Shown here: positions 22,701 to 35,534 of the stretch, piece after piece
Layout: each line of letters begins with the position of its first letter
Position numbering within the stretch: position 1 is the first letter of the stretch
DNA from: Octopus bimaculoides
Lineage: Eukaryota
Reading direction: 5' to 3'
Assembly: GCF_001194135.2 (NCBI RefSeq)
Contig: NC_068982.1
Location: 90,567,584 to 90,613,697 of the forward strand
Length of the DNA: 46,114 nt
Made by a program: the position numbers and the translations under genes
Notes under the pieces: generated by a model
Told to the model about the DNA's origin: nothing
The model's input: the letters and a program-made list of their open reading frames with translations, nothing else
The model's database searches: none

Positions 22701-25514
22701 GTTAATTTTTGGCAACCACCCTCGCGATCTACCGTCTCAAATATTTTTCATCTGAGGAGCAAAATGTCGGTTTGTGAGAAAGAAAGTTTTATATTCATTG
22801 AGAAGGAAAATAGATTGTAAGACCCTTGTATTAAAGAGGTTTTAAGGATGTTGTTCTAAAAAGAATGACATTTGAAGGAAGGAAACAATTTTAAAATTGT
22901 TTTCAATGGTGATTATAGAGTTGGTATGTATGGAAAAGTGACATAACTAATATATTGTAATTTATAGATATCTGCGCACAACGACAAAATAAATTACAAA
23001 TAAGTCCTGGAAGATTTAAACTGCCAAATCTTACCTGTACTTTTTATAAAATATAAAATTCGAATAACTGATAGATTATTTGTTTTTAGTATTGTTCTCG
23101 TCTATAGAGTTGAAAATATTTATATCAATTCTACGTTTCGATCATTTTCATCTCCAGTGGCTATTAGGTGGCTTATAGTAACTTATTACATTGGAACTAG
23201 GAACCCTTATCCCCGACTGAGGGTAAAACTGGGGTTGTGCAATTTTCTAAAAGTTCCTATTTGGAATCCAGTCCGAAACTCTCTAATTCTCTCGAAAAAA
23301 AAATTGACAATCATCAGAGATAGGATACATCAAAATGTTATGCAATTATAAATATATTAATTTCATTCAGACATTGAAATATCTTGCGATAGCGAATCGG
23401 AATTGTTCGCCATTTGTGTTCACTGATTAATTATGAATTAGTAAGAAACTTACGAGCAAAACCAGAAATTTATGCCAGATTTATGAGGAAATATAAATAG
23501 CTGTTAGGATATAAACATCTAATATCTTCCGTGTGTTGAAGTGAATATTCTTGTTTTGGTGTGCGGCTGATCCGTACAAAACAAATAAGGACATTATATT
23601 ACATTACAATTTACTTTTCTATGTCTTGTTTCGATTCGATTCTTGTGCTAGTCTTTCAATAATTCTTTAGTTAACAACTTCGTAACTGAGTTATTTGTAT
23701 GTTTATTGTTTTGGTCATGAATATATCTCAACGCAGGTGAGGGTGCTACTGAACCTTCGGTACTTCAAATGATATATCGGCTTGGCCACTTAGCTAGTTC
23801 CAACGTTTACTCTGCTACAGTACATGGTAACGCAAATGCTCATTTGAAGCGTATAAAGTAGGAAATAGACATTGTTTTATATTAACATGAGTCTACTAGC
23901 AACAGAGAACAAAATTCACTATAAATGTAATCCAATTAAGGAACTAAACATAAAATACCCTTTTTGGTAACAACGTAAAATCTATTCACTTGTTCACCTG
24001 CGGGGAATTTTTACTGTGGTTGGAAATTGCACAATTTCTAAAGACCATTCAAAATGAGACATTTTGAAGATTGAAAATTAATGTTGAGGATTATTGTTAG
24101 ATATTCTTACTAATATTTAATTAAAAATGTGGCTTTTAAAACCATTTTTTATATATTACAATTACAATGAAAACGTTATTCAATATTTTGATTTTAAAAC
24201 AAATGATAAGAATAAAAAATAAAATTCGGTGCATTCAAATTTTTAAATCATCATTACAAAATTATTGCCTTCTGAAATTGCTTCTGCTTTGAATTTAATA
24301 AAGAGCTTCTTTTTTATTTATTTATTCATTCATTTAATTTCTACATTTTCATTTTCAGTGAAATACATGTCTTTTGAAATAAGATGTCATCCAAATTCTC
24401 GGGAATGTTGTAAAAATAAAAATAAAATGGACATTAAATAATGTCGCAAGAGAAAGAACTCAGTGCATGTTAGATGGAAAATTAAATGAAACGAATAGTT
24501 ACAAGTTATTCAGTACTTCGACAGCAGCCTACACAGCTTACATTACGTTTAAGTCTGAATAACAGATCCGGAAATAAAGCTGGTTCTGACAATAAATATA
24601 ACAAAATAAAAATATTTTCACTGCAAATTCGTTCGAAATTTACTTTGACTTCATCGGAAATAGAGAGGAAGTCCAATTTGATCATTTTTTCTCCTTAAAC
24701 AATAAAAATTTTCTCAACTTTAGCTTGCTTCCTAACACAGCCTATTCCTCGCTTTCTGTTATTAGGTTTAATAAATTGATTTTCTTGGTCTGGCTTCAAT
24801 AGCATTGGTTACTATGCTCGTTGACCAGTTTCCTGTTCCTAAAAATGCTATTCCATTTGTTACATTGAGATACTTGATCTGAATTCTACGACAATCACTA
24901 AATATTACTTCGACTGGAGAGAGAAACTGTCTAGACAGTTCATGTTCGGCTATACATAAAACAAAAGCCTGGAAATGTCATTTCTGTTACAAAACTAATG
25001 CATGAGTTGTTCTTTTAGCCATACGCCAGCCAGCCTTCATTTAGTAAACTAATCAATGATATTCAAAGTATGAGTATCTCATTTTGTAGAGGTATAATGT
25101 ATACAGTAATACTTCGTATTATTAGCTCAAACGTGCCTTTCCATTTTCTTCAGAAAGCATGATCCTGTTTCAGGTTATTTTGACTGCAATTTTTCGTGTG
25201 TAGAATACCGCCTAAGTGTTTGAAACGTGCCAAATACCACTGCAAGGTAAGACGTTTCTATGCCTAATTAAAAAGAAACATCAATGTCACTGGAGTACAT
25301 CTCTTAAGAAGAGGGTGACTGACTCAATGCTTCGACCCTACGAAAAAGAGCATTAAGAAAAAGATTTAGTTACATATGTATTTTACTTTGTAAATGGTAA
25401 ATACTATTTTTTAAAACAAAATATTTCTTTAGGAATAAGTTCTCTTTCTAAAAATTCCTTTTATATTGCCCCAGTAAAAATAGCTGCGGAAGTTTGTCCG
25501 TAAAATATAAGTAT

Positions 25515-25895
25515 GGGCATGTTTGTGTGGTTAGGTTCTCTTCACAAACTCGTGGCTTCAGATTCAGTCCCACTGTGTGGTACATTGAACAACTGTTTTC
25601 TGCTTTAGCCCCAGGCAAACAATGCTTCTAGTAGATTGAAGCTGTAAAAGACTACTGTGTGTGTGTGTTTGTGTGTGTGTATGTGTGTGTGAGTGTGTGT
25701 GTGTGTGTGTGCACGCGTGCGCATTCATACGTTTGTCTCCGCACACAGACCATTTAAAAACGGGTGTTAGTTTGTTTAAACCCCCAAAACATGAGAGTTC
25801 GACAAAAGCGACGGATAAGATGAGTTTCAGGCATTAGAAAAAAAGTAAGTACTAGGGGTCGATTTCATCTACATAATCCTTCAAGGTGATGCTAC
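25515..25895 (+). mobile_element. SINE family B, near full length with internal (TG)n
   Basis: GTGTGGTTAG..TTCAGTCCCACTGTGTGGTACATTG..TTCT.CT.TAGCCCC, then (TG)n, then GGTGTT.GTTTGTTT..GGGGTCGATTT..CCTTCAAGG. Confidence 0.75.
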
Positions 25896-26463
25896 GTATA
25901 TATATATATATATATATAGCAATAAGAAAATGGAGGAGAATATGCGGTATCCATCGACTTGCAGACAGTGTATTCCGTTGAATTAATTAATTTATTTTGT
26001 AACGACTATTAAAAAGGTTGCAAGATGCAACGGGAATTTTAACAAAAATAAGTAAATGAGTGGAAATCGAATCGGTTAGAACGTTAAATTAATAAGCCAC
26101 TAAAAGAGAATGATCCTCCCCAGACACAACAAAATGTTTTTGTTATCTACATTCCAGCGATGGAGCTTTATACCTTTGTAAGAAACCAGCTCTTTTCTCG
26201 GAGGAAGAATGGAGTTAATCAAAAGCGTACACATATATATATACTTACATATACACATACATTCATACAGACATCCATGTGTATGCAAACACACAAACAC
26301 ATATAACCTTGATACTGCGTAGACTAAGATCCCCGGTGAAAGGCCGCTGGCATTTATAGCGTGTTAAACACTTTCGGTACTTTAGGGACTCCTTGATAGA
26401 GAAACTGCTGCATTTGTTGAATATAAAAACAGTTTGGATGCTTGTTTCTCTGGAGACTGTGAG

Positions 26464-26530
26464 AATGATGTAGACGCCCCTGATGAGAGCCCAATAAAGT
26501 TTGAAAATCGATTAAGTTTTTACATCATTT
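26464..26530 (+). ncRNA. Candidate minimal type I hammerhead ribozyme motif (degenerate)
   Basis: CTGATGA-GAGC-CCAATAAA-GTTT-GAAA, then palindrome AATCGATT and A at the cleavage position. Distal helix AATGATGTAGA/TTTACATCATT. Proximal stem I does not pair. Confidence 0.45.
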
Positions 26531-26569
26531 TGCAACCTGCGGACGAATGGCTAAAAATTACCCTGTTTA

Positions 26570-26668
26570 TAAATATACCATATGTTACATAGATATGTAT
26601 GTGCACACACATATACATACATATGTACGTACACACACGTATGCATATATATGTTATATACACACACT

Positions 26669-26700
<32 letters not shown>

Positions 26701-26800
26701 CATATATATACATATATATATGTATATGTGTGTGTGTATACACATACACACACACACCGAGGAAGACAGACAAAGAGAGAGAAAGAGAGAGAGAGAGAGA
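26570..26800 (+). repeat. Compound (CA)/(TA)/(TG)/(GA) microsatellite
   Basis: Read directly. Confidence 0.93.
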
Positions 26801-28062
26801 GGCATTAATCTTCATTTTACGTATTAGGCTTATCGCTCAGGTCCAGAAACTATCTAAGAAACATTTCAGTCCATTGAACATGACATTACAGCCATTATTA
26901 GTCTGCTACTTCCACTTACGCACATTCTGGACATTCAGTAAGAACCCATTAACTGAGAAACGGTCACTCATTAACACACTATAACCAGTAAAACACGCTC
27001 TGACTTTTTACGTGTCTCTTGTAATACGCATAACTACGATGGTAACTTCTCTGAACTTACTTGAAAAAGAAAACATTTACAACTATAACACTCGTATTCC
27101 CAGAGAAGCAGATCAATGGAGCTCAGATCTATGTACTGATTCTTCTTCTTGAACAATATATATATATATATATATATATAAAGTAAAGACCATTTGCTAA
27201 CATAATGTGTCAGTCCTGGATGGGACGAATGTTACTGTTGTTTAACCCCAGGAAACGTCGTTTCCAGCTGGCTATACGACACAATATCTGTGTCATAATA
27301 CTTTCGAACAGGCGAGCCCAGAACCCCCATCCAGCACAAAGCAACATTTGTGGACCGGTTTCTGGGTTATTGAACTTCATCAGCACATGGATGCTGATCT
27401 TCAATATATATATGTGTGTGTGTATGTGTGTGTATTTCAATGATTCCCAAAGTCATGATTTAAGTCTGTGCCCCCATAGCCTTTAATTCCTCTCTCAATA
27501 TTGTGGTAATAAATAACGGCTGGGTGGACTTTCTTCTTTGTTTGTTTTATATTTTAAAATTTTATCTTCTCCTTCTCCTACTTTGGTTCCGCCTCCCTGC
27601 ATAGTTGTAAAGGCAAAGTTTGTGAACTGGTTTCATCTTAAATGACCTTGATGACTTAGAAGACTGGGTTGACCACAAATCATTTCATTACCATTTACCA
27701 GTAGACAATAAAAATTTTCTTTATAAATATCACAGACAAACTTAGGCATGACATCCTCTATTATTGGAAGTGGGGATAACTGGATCACTGAAGGTCGCTT
27801 AATCATTCTCTTCGTAAAAATACACTACTAACCTGAAAAATTTCGTTTTGGTATATTCATTCTGTCAACTGAAAAAGCAGTAGAATGTTGGAAATTTTGG
27901 CTTCGGAATTTTTTAAATTTTAAACTACGTTAAATTACTATGTTAAATTATTTGGAATATTTTTCATTGTAAAGTATCTATCTGAAGCAAATCCGATGGG
28001 GCACTCTTCTGTAGGCATGACATATACGTAATATAACGACACATATAGTAACATGCATGTCG

Positions 28063-28225
<163 letters not shown>

Positions 28226-28319
28226 TGTATAACTGTAATAACCTCTATTACTTTATATTGCTATAAGAAAAAGAGGAGCTGACGTTGAGGGTCATCCAAG
28301 TATAAAATTATTTGAGTTT

Positions 28320-29420
28320 TCTCTGTGCACCCAAGTCACTATGAATGTTTCTATTTGAGGCTGCTTCTTCACGAAATATGAGGACCGACTTCCTTCTCCT
28401 TCCTAAGAACGATTGGTGGTCGAAATGTCCGTACTTATAGAGAAGCCTGTTTAGCTTTAAATTTGTTAGGAGATGACAATCAGTGGGATACAACAAAGGC
28501 TGAGACATTAGTGTCACGCACACATATTTCTTTGAGAGATCTTTTTGCGAGTCTTACCCTGAATTGTGAATGAGTAATCCATTAGCGTTGTGGCACAAAT
28601 ATAAGAATGATTTCTCAGAAGACTACAAATATCAAGCACAATTAAGATTCCCAGAGAAGGAAATAGCTTTCAACGATGCCATATATAATTCTGCATTGGT
28701 TGATATTGAAGATCAGGTTGTCTCAACGGGAGGGGAGGAGCTCAACAAGTTTGGCTTAACTAAAACTCATTGAAATGAGGTGAATAATTTGCTCACAGAC
28801 GTTTTCCGAGAAACTTCAGATGCTATTGATTCATTAACAAGTTTCCTTGAAGAAAATGTCCCGAAACGTTTGCCAGACCAACAACTTGCATATACAACTA
28901 TCATTGACCAAGTAGCATATAAGAGGGGCGGATTATATGTTGTAAATGTATCAGGAATATCTGAAAAATCTTTTGTTACAAATTTAGTACGAACCGGAGT
29001 CCAGCAGAAAAAGGAAATAGCCTTAGCTGTAGCAAGCTCAGGAATTCCTGCAACTTTACTCTCAGGAGATCGAACAGCTCACGCAGCCTTTCAATCTAAC
29101 TTCAAATGATAGAACTCTGCAATATTAGTAAAAGTTGGTCTTTAGCTCAAGTTCTCATGAAATGTTCTTTGATCATAATTTCAAATTACACAAATGCTGC
29201 TTGGTTATGTGAAAGAGCAATCATGACACCAAAGAACGTTACTGTGAATAATTTAAACGAAAGACTCGAGAAACTTTTACCAGGAAACAAACATACTAAC
29301 AAATCTATAGACACTGTTGCGGATGAATTAGAAATAGTCAGTTACCGGGTTGAGTTCTTAAACTCACTGCAGCCACCAGGAGCTTCTCCCCATTGCCTTC
29401 CATTGAAAATAGGCGTACAT
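28320..29420 (+). mobile_element. Helitron RepHel fragment (Pif1-family helicase), pseudogenised and internally deleted
   Basis: VHPSHYECFYLRLLLHEI*GPTSF..LRT..TYREACLALNLLGDDNQW; LRDLF..SNPLALW; decayed Walker A (NVSGISEKSF for DAPGGTGKTF); IALAVASSGIPATLLSGDRTAH; [12 protein letters not shown]; [20 protein letters not shown]. Confidence 0.92.
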
Positions 29421-29738
29421 TATAGCACATATGTTTTTAATTGTCCCCGAACATTTATTTACTTATCTTGTGTACTATACATAAGTTAAAGTCTGTGTGA
29501 TGTTTGATTCATTCATAAACTTAAATACTATAGATAATAGATCAGACGTTTATATGCACCCATGATTATATTGGCCAGAAGAAAACAGCTATATCATCTA
29601 CATGAAAGTTAACAATCATTTCATATAATATGTTCAATACAATCTAAGTGAATAACTTTTAATATTCATAGTACAATTTTGGCAGCTTCTTTCAACCCAG
29701 TCAATGACGGGTGTTTCTGCTAATATATGCATATATAT

Positions 29739-29852
29739 NNNNNNNNNNNNNNNNNNNNNNNNNNNNNNNNNNNNNNNNNNNNNNNNNNNNNNNNNNNNNN
29801 NNNNNNNNNNNNNNNNNNNNNNNNNNNNNNNNNNNNNNNNNNNNNNNNNNNN
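29739..29852. other. Assembly gap within (TA)n
   Basis: N run. Confidence 0.99.
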
Positions 29853-30504
29853 ATATATATATATATATAAATATGTGTGTGCATGTGTGTGTGTATATGC
29901 GTGTGCGCGCATGTGTGTGTGTGCATATATAAAGAGAGAAAGGGAAGAAAAGAGAAGGAAGATACCGTGATCTGTCTTTTTTGCTTCACAAAGTATAGAA
30001 CTAAAATGTCTTCAGTCGACGAAATTGCGATGAATATTAAATGAAGTGGCCATATTTTGTATAAAATTCGATATGACAGCCAGCAATTTACAATAATAAC
30101 TATTTGGAAATTTAATTTTCTTATATTGATCATAGATTTTGTTTCCATTCCTAGAAATTATGAAAAATAGTAAATTACCTTGTTTTTCAAGGATTAATCT
30201 ATGAATAATGGCTGTTTAGATTTAATGCTTTAAACAATGCAATGGGGAACAAACCAGTTTTCTAAGTAAACAACTAGATTAAGTTGACACAGAATATGTA
30301 ACCCAGTATTCGGGGTGTTTGAATTAAATAAGAGACGATCTAGAAGGAAGAAGCAGTTAGAACAACAAACTATATAGTTGATCTATATATGTTTTCAAAA
30401 TATTATGTATGATATCCTTTAAGAATTTACTGCTCTATTCAAATGATGATATTTGGAGTGTTTGTAAGATTTATACAATATAATGCAAAAGAAAGATGGA
30501 AGCA

Positions 30505-30880
30505 CTTGTAGGGTTAAACAACTCACTTTGCAACCATGTAGTTTCGGGTTCGGTCACACTGTGCGGTACCTGGGGCAACAATCTTCTATTGTAGCTCTGG
30601 ATCGACCAATGCCCTACGAGAGAATTTGTTACACGTAAACTGAGTGGAAGCCTGTCATGTGTGTGTGTGTGTGTGCATGTCCTGAAAAACGTTTGACAAC
30701 AGGTGTTGGATTATTTACGTCCTAGTAACCTGGCGTTTCTTTAAAAGAACTCGAGATAATACATATAGCAGACTCAAAAATAGGCTCTGGAGTCGATTTG
30801 TTCTATTAAGCCCTTGAACGTGTTGTCCCAACATGACCACAGTCCAACGACTAAAACAAGTAAAACTTAAAAGATTGAAG
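30505..30880 (+). mobile_element. SINE family B, near full length, degenerate
   Basis: CAACCATGTAGTTTCGGGTTCGGTCACACTGTGCGGTACCTGGGGCAA..TCTTCTATTGTAGC, then (TG)n, then GGTGTTGG..GGAGTCGATTTGTTC..AAACAAGTAAAA. Confidence 0.8.
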
Positions 30881-31664
30881 AAAGTATTGACACGATGATC
30901 ACTAATTGAGAGAAAATTAATAAAAGCGTGGTGGAGGTTGAATATTATATTTCAATAGCTAGTTTCCATATCTCACTTTGAAAGGAAGTCATTAGGGAAA
31001 AAAATCCTGGAAAGGAAAAATCCTCAAAGAAAAATACGAAGGAAGCACAAATGACAACATAGAAAAATATTCCAAGGTAAGAATAAAAATAATTGTCTCC
31101 CAGCATTATGCAGCATTAGATTCCATACTCATTTAGGGGGTAAAACAACAAAAGAAAAATAGTCATTTCCATTGATATAGTTGAGTATAAGAAGGAAGTT
31201 TTATGAAATGAGAATCTAATTAAAGCAAAGATTGGACTGATTATTTATAAGCTGCACATAATTATATTAGATAGTCTTACATATAATAATCACTATGAAA
31301 AGAAGCAGTAAGACACCATAATTAACGATATTATGCTGTATATATCCCCTCTTTGAAGAAGTCGTTCGTTTAGAAGAAATCATGATGCTAAATAATGATG
31401 CTATCATTGGTGAAGTGGTTGATTACAGGAAGTCGTTTTGCAACGTCTCAACACATTGTTTAAGAATATTTGAGTAGAATATTTCCTATAAGATATCAGT
31501 TCTTGGAAAACAGCGCCGTTTCATTGCCTGATTCTAAGCCACATGATATCATTTACAACGTCAATAACCTTCGAAAAGTTATGGACAGTACAACTTTACT
31601 TTTCCTTCTACTAAATATATGCGTGTCAAAATAAAATGTATATTAATAAATATGTGTTAAATAT

Positions 31665-31890
31665 TTGTTTCGAATTGCAACTCAAGACCAGCGGTTTTCA
31701 TGGGAAGGGATTTGTCAATTATTACCCAAGTGCTTGACTGGTACTTTATCTCATGAACCTCGGAAGGATGATCAACAAAATGCATCGAACCAAAAAGAAT
31801 GAACGGCGAGATTGAACTTATAATATACAAAGCGAGAAAATAATGCCGCTAAGCATTTTGTCCGACGTGCTGACGATCCTACCAGCTGAC
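31665..31890 (-). mobile_element. SINE family A, degenerate
   Basis: CAAGACCAGC..CTTGACTGGTACTTTA..GGAAGGATG..ATGCCGCTAAGCATTTTGTCCGACGTGCTGACGATCCTACCAGCT. Confidence 0.78.
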
Positions 31891-32439
31891 CAATTCACAG
31901 TTAATTCAACAGCCATGTTATGAATAGATTTTGTCATTAAATGTTCTAATATTCTTTCAATAAAACGTATTTCGGAGTTGCAGGAGTGAAATTTTAAAAT
32001 AGATTTACAGGTTGATGTTGCTTTTCTTTTGTGAATTCATTCGTTTTAAATAATGCACTACACTTCCATTTGACATAAATTTTCATTCATAAAACTGAAT
32101 AGCCACATTCATTGACACTTTTAACTGAAGATATCCTCATAACACTCTTCTTCGTAAAATTAATATCAAGTCCATAAATGTATTTATTAAAGACGAGTCA
32201 TAAAGTCACCCCGCTTACTCTGACTGAATATTAACAAGATTTTGTTTCACACTTTAGAAAATAGATATTACTCACGTATATATCTATATACATACACGCG
32301 CTCGCCTTTCTCCTGGTCAATATAGACCAACGTTTGTTATTGTAATCACTTCGACTGTATTCAGAAATTCACCTTTCACGATTTAAAGAACATATAACGC
32401 GAATAGCTCACACAAGGAAACTCCGTTTAGACATATGAT

Positions 32440-32630
32440 ATCGATTTTAAATTTTAGCACAAGGCCAGCAATTTCCGGGGAGGGGTTAAGTCGATTACAC
32501 TGACGCCTGTGCTCAACTGGTACTCATTCTATCCACTCCGAAAAGATGAAAGGCAAAGTCGACCTCGGCGGAATTTGAACTAAGAACATAAAGATGGACG
32601 AAATACCAAGTAAAGATGGAGGAAATGCCG
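32440..32630 (-). mobile_element. SINE family A
   Basis: CACAAGGCCAGCAATTTC..GTGCTCAACTGGTACTCATT..GATGAAAGGCAAAGTCGACCTCGGCGGAATTTGAACT. Confidence 0.88.
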
Positions 32631-32719
32631 TATAATATCGACTGAATAACCACAAATAAAGCTCATTCTTGTCTTCAAATTTACTTAGGAGTATCTAGCT
32701 TCAATAAATGGGCTAGTTT

Positions 32720-32805
32720 GCTATTGTTGTTTAGCTCTTAGCCAGCACTAGCTGAATATACCTAAGATCAAAGGACCTGTGCTGAAAGCCATGGTCATCC
32801 GTCTT
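32720..32805 (+). mobile_element. Short interspersed repeat fragment, family C
   Basis: TTGTTGTTTAGC..GATCAAAGG..AGCCATGGTCATCCGTCTTT. Related pieces near 1040-1100 and 5045-5100. Confidence 0.45.
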
Positions 32806-32949
32806 TTATCTTAGTGCAAGTACAAATACAGCTTATACCATTAAGGACTTAATACTATCACACTATCTTAATTCTACCTAATACTATTATATCTAAAACA
32901 ATGTTGGTAGTGTATAAAAAAGGGTGTATAAAAAAGGGTGGGACAATAT

Positions 32950-33190
32950 GATTATTGGCCGTAAATCACTTACCGAACACGGTACTATTTTTCGCTCTCA
33001 AACACTATCATCTCCATATTCATTTACTTGCCTACGTCCTTGGTAACTGTTCTTCTGAACTAGCTATTTGTCTATTATCTCAGTTCAGGCCCACTCGATC
33101 GTCTTCGCCCCCACCCACCCCGTCACTCGCAGAATATCTTCACTTCTAAACATTCAAGGAGATATTTAACCAACTCAACAAAACTATAAT
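32950..33190 (+). mobile_element. Possible 3' end of an old APE-type LINE (CR1/Jockey-like)
   Basis: Translation Y..GNCSSELA..L..RPTRSS followed by TFK-like codons resembles LINE ORF2 C-termini; short and degenerate. Confidence 0.4.
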
Positions 33191-34417
33191 CCAAAAGAAT
33201 TCCCTCCAAACACGTTTACTTTCCAACACTCGGATACAGGATATGAGATGCTTTAGCAAACCTGATTTGGCATCACTTACTGGGCGTCGCTGATTCGATG
33301 CTGACTTAGTTGACATCAGACTTTATAATGTTTTTCTTGATGTTTCCCTCTCTTTGTTTATGTGTGTGAGTATATTTATCCATGTGTATGAAAGGAGAGA
33401 AAGTTCACGTCCATCATGTTCTATTAATAAATTGTAATGTATGTCATTATCTATATGTGAATATTTCTGTGCACCAAAAAGCACTATCGCCAAAACTGGG
33501 TTTATTTCCAGCTAGCTATACCAAATCGTTACATTCAGTGAGATACAGATATTTAAGCTGAGTATCTATCGATGCATCGATCACTCCAAACTTGAAAGGT
33601 TTGCAAAGATCATAGTTGTTGCTTCTCATCCTCTAAATAACTTATTGAAATGAAATGCATGACCTACCTAATGATATTGTAGACCACACGCATTTAAGAG
33701 CATTATATTACTTAAATCACAAATCAAAGGTTGTATTCGACACAGGCGAGCCCCATCCTGCATTGAAGCAAATTTGGTGGCAACAAAAGGATTCAACTTC
33801 TTTTAAGGAAATTTCTTTATCAAAATAAAAAAAAAACAACTCAATATTAAAGTTACCTGTTTCTAAAGTAAGATTCTGTATGGATAACATTCGCTTTTGT
33901 AAATCTATCGTAAATTATTTAGTAACAGTATGCAAACTTCCAATTTTTAATTAACAGCCTTGCTGCCATGGCAAGACTTCCTCACAACTGGAATTTTCAA
34001 ATACAATATGCACAATCTAAAACTAAAAAAAGTATGTGACGCGAAAAAATATTGTTGATAATTTTTGAATTAATAGCTGATAGGATTTTCGAAAGGAAAA
34101 ATAAAAAAAGATTTTTTACAAAATAAGTGATAATATAACAGTTGAAAGGGCGACCATTTGACTAGGTGCCATGTCGTATTTACTATATTTATAATGGATT
34201 GATTCGGAAGCAGCTTATGTATTTACTTTGTCCTTCGTTTTGTGAAAAATTATGCAGTTGGTTACAGGTTTCCAACAGCCAACCTGCAGTTACATTAGCA
34301 ACAATGAGAAGAGTATACTTGTGCAAATCAAGCGGAATAAATGCCAGAAAGGCACTTTTGTCCGAAAACACTGGTTTATTCGTCTCTTTGCAATGTTTCC
34401 GTGTTTAATCGATATCG

Positions 34418-35005
34418 CGGATCTTTTTTAAAACGGGGGCCACATTTTTCATTAACGAAACACTTTGAAACTTGGAACACTGGTAGAATGTGTCATATAA
34501 TACATCTTNNNNNNNNNNNNNNNNNNNNNNNNNNNNNNNNNNNNNNNNNNNNNNNNNNNNNNNNNNNNNNNNNNNNNNNNNNNNNNNNNNNNNNNNNNNN
34601 NNNNNNNNNNNNNNNNNNNNNNNNNNNNNNNNNNNNNNNNNNNNNNNNNNNNNNNNNNNNNNNNNGCGCTAGGGTTAGGGTTAGGGATAGGGTTAGGGTT
34701 AGGGTTAGGGTTAAAGCAAATTTAAAATGAAAAAAGCAAATAAAACGAAGGTATGGAGATTAAATACGCTTTACACCGCTTAATCAGCCAAAGGAGTAAA
34801 TGTAAACAACTGAATACTTGTCAGTGATTGGTTGAAATTATCGAAATAAGACAATTTTTTACATGAAATAAATTCGAATACAAAAATATTTTTCTGTTCT
34901 ATAACACAAAATAGATAAGTATACGAAGTTTGAAAGTCTTTCCGTACCAAAAACACTACGTAAAGCATTAATGAAAAATGTGGCCCCCGTTTTAAAATAA
35001 ATCCG
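34418..35005. mobile_element. Non-autonomous TIR element (MITE-like) with internal telomeric repeats
   Basis: Perfect 30-bp TIR TTTTAAAACGGGGGCCACATTTTTCATTAA (34426-34455 / 34968-34997), extendable to 38 bp with 2 mismatches. Contains gap 34509-34665. Confidence 0.8.
34669..34713 (+). repeat. Interstitial (TTAGGG)n, 7 units (two variant)
   Basis: Read directly; may extend into the gap. Confidence 0.93.
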
Positions 35006-35470
35006 ATCCGCTGAAAGATAAACATAACACATACAGACATACTCCCGAAAAGCATGTCAGCTCGAGTATGTAGAAGTGAATTGTACAACATTTTAATGAC
35101 CAAAGAGGGGTAATGACGTAATGAGTAACTTTTTTATGCGTATGCAACAGCAACATTGCGGCCAACTAGTTACAATTATAGTATGGACCATTTATTCCAG
35201 AAATTAGCTGAGTTATTTAGATTGAGTTTATATAAAATAAATGTCAGAGAATGGTGGGCGCTAAGAAGAAACGGGGAGAAAAATAGATATATACACAAGA
35301 TGCAAGGGAAGGATAGATTAATTTAACAGAGGGAGGATAATAAAATGAGAGAGAAGAGGAGAGAGAGGGAGAAAGAGAAGAAAGCAAACACTACAAATAA
35401 GATAAAATAATTGTGTATGAAATCCAAAATACTTCTACAGTTAGATACAGAGCAATACAAAACAACAGGA

Positions 35471-35474
<4 letters not shown>

Positions 35475-35533
<59 letters not shown>
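35475..35533 (+). repeat. (GATA)n microsatellite
   Basis: Read directly. Confidence 0.97.

Positions 35534-35534
<1 letters not shown>

Noticed and set aside
25154-25246. 93-nt exon-like segment with strong splice signals
   Set aside because: Stops in all three frames from the main acceptor, and the 3' part resembles a decayed antisense SINE-A head. A non-coding exon cannot be excluded.
34669-34713. True chromosome end
   Set aside because: Short, internal, and enclosed by TIRs with ordinary DNA on both sides.
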